Assembly (NCBI RefSeq): GCF_006345805.1
Contig: NW_021827012.1
Span: 1 to 11,357, forward strand
Direction of reading: 5' to 3'
Length of the DNA: 11,357 nt
Origin: Octopus sinensis
Taxonomy: Eukaryota
Position numbers and translations under genes: made by a program. Shown piece after piece: positions 9,560-11,357 of the stretch. The first letter of the stretch is position 1, and every line of letters starts with the position of its first letter. A model generated the notes under the pieces. That model had not been told where the DNA came from. It saw only the letters and a list, made by a program, of their open reading frames with translations, and made no database searches.

Positions 9560-10165
9560 GCAATTCTGATGAAAATGTTGGAGATGGTGAGGTGGTATCG
9601 ATGGTAAGGGTGTGTGAAGCAGTTTTTGTGATGGTGACAGTGCTGGAATAGTGAAGTTAGTGGCAGTGCTGGAGTGGTCGCAATGGTTGATGTGAATCGT
9701 GATGATGATATTAGCAGTGTAAGCAGTGTTTTTGGCGGTAATTACTGTGGTGATATTAATGGAGCAGGTATAGATATAATTCAGGTAACCTTAATGGTGT
9801 GGTGGGGATAATGATGGTGATGCTACAGCTAGTACAATTGGTTTATAGTAACAGTAGTGCAATTGGAAATACTGATGTTTGTGTGTTATACTGGTTGATT
9901 GTACAGTTGGTAATCGTGTTGAGCATTGATATCATTGGTTGTAGTTCTGGTAATATTGTCGACGTGGTAATCAAAATGGAAGCAATCGTAGTAGTATTTT
10001 TGATGGTTGATGGTAGTCTTCGTATCATTGATAATGAAGTTAGCGTGGGCAATGGTTAGTGATGACACGAACAGTGATTTTTGTGGTAATGACAGTGGCG
10101 AATGGAAAGAGTAATAGTGGTATCCATATCATTTGTTGTGGTGCTGGCAGTAATGGTGTGTAGCA
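9560..10165 (+). repeat. Highly decayed trinucleotide-type (GGT/GAT/AGT/GTT) low-complexity region
   Basis: G/T-rich and C-poor, with local period-3 runs such as GATGGTGAT and GGTAATGACAGTGGC. Register shifts and stop codons break the plus-strand frames. Confidence 0.6.
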
Positions 10166-11357
10166 ATATGTAATTTTCATACTTATGGTACTTAGTCGTA
10201 AGCTTGAAGCGAAATAGTTCTAAAATGGGAATTTAAATCCAGGTCGTTGACTCAAAGAAAGCCTACACCTATTTATCGTTGTTGCTAAAAATAATGACTA
10301 AATCGTGACGTCAGAGATTTTTAAAAGGCAAGAAAGAGACGGGAAGTTGTGATAGAAATACGTTTTCGTATGCCAACACAGATACTACTTATAGGATGTG
10401 ACTCCAGTGAAGAATCGAAATCGGTATGTTTACTTACTTACAGAGAACAAAATATGGAAGTGTTAACAGTCGATTTAATCAGTTCCTGTCACTGAATGTT
10501 ACTTTAAATTGGAACGCCACCGATTTTACTTGCTTGTGCAGTGAAGGCACAATAAAAATAAGACTTCTGGAAAATAATTGATTTCTTACATCGATATGAC
10601 ATCTGAGATTTAAAGTTGTAGAGATATGATTGAAATGCAATGTTCACGTTTTTTCCCAATAACAACACTGGCGCGAGTGAAGTCGTTTCAATTAAGAGTC
10701 GAAACGACGTTACCAATAATCACTTTCTATAATACAGACGAATCCCAATTGCTAGGAATAGGTCATACACGTTTTTTATACAGATTTTATGCATTTTTTT
10801 TTGTTAATATAATTATAATTTGTGTTCTAATTAAAGTACTAGAACAGTTCCATCAGCCGATGATGCTTGTTTTACGATATTTGTTAATGTTGTTCATTTT
10901 GTGTGCACGGGAAATTTGAAAATTGATCGAAAATCCTGTTACGTCTTTGGTAAATATTTCTGCCCCACTAATCTGGCGCGTTTCACTTCAAAAAATGCAG
11001 GAGAGAAAATAGTGAAGTTAAAATACAGACATATAACAAACACAAGACTGGTGGTCCTCTCTCGTAGAAAACAAGGAAGTATGATGACAGCATCATATTA
11101 CACCAATGTCATATCAACATTTAACAAAAATACAAGAAATAATTAAATTCATCTTGACAATGATCGAAGATTTAACAGCAATATTAAGAACGTCAGCAAC
11201 CGGAAAAAAATTACAATTATTAAACAGATGACTATGGGGACGATAAACACAACAACAACAATAAAGCAATATAAACAATAAAGTAGGGACCACGTTATAT
11301 TACAAATAGGATTGAAATTGAAGTACATATAAGATTAAGTATATTGTGAATAACCGA

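Noticed and set aside
9799-10068. Hydrophobic Val/Ile-rich and Thr-rich ORFs resembling membrane or mucin proteins
   Set aside because: Their composition is explained by the decayed GGT/GAT/GTT repeat, and the frames are short and overlap on both strands.
10682-10708. Penelope-type or type III hammerhead (GTCGTTTC...GAAACGAC)
   Set aside because: It lacks CUGANGA and has no room for stems I and II, so it is only a short hairpin.

Overview
AT-rich, microsatellite-dense eukaryotic non-coding DNA (intronic or intergenic). The SINE families and the density of (TA)n/(GATA)n/(GT)n repeats match my recollection of octopus (coleoid cephalopod) genomes; this was not checked against a database. No protein-coding gene is supported, and almost all listed ORFs are simple-repeat artefacts. 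Supportable features are: a tRNA-derived SINE amplified into a 184+89 bp higher-order tandem array (1-652, minus strand, running off the left edge); a partial relative of it (~5316-5468); a full-length tRNA/CORE-type SINE with a 14-bp target-site duplication (8333-8658); a decayed SINE sharing that core (~6727-6935); a 5'-truncated RTE-type LINE 3' end with a (TGA)n tail (8101-8234); a degenerate ~130-bp inverted-repeat pair enclosing decayed TTAGGG-like repeats (4309-5146); and many simple repeats. The SINE-array junction geometry and the inverted-repeat element are the most interesting observations. I found no convincing novel gene system.
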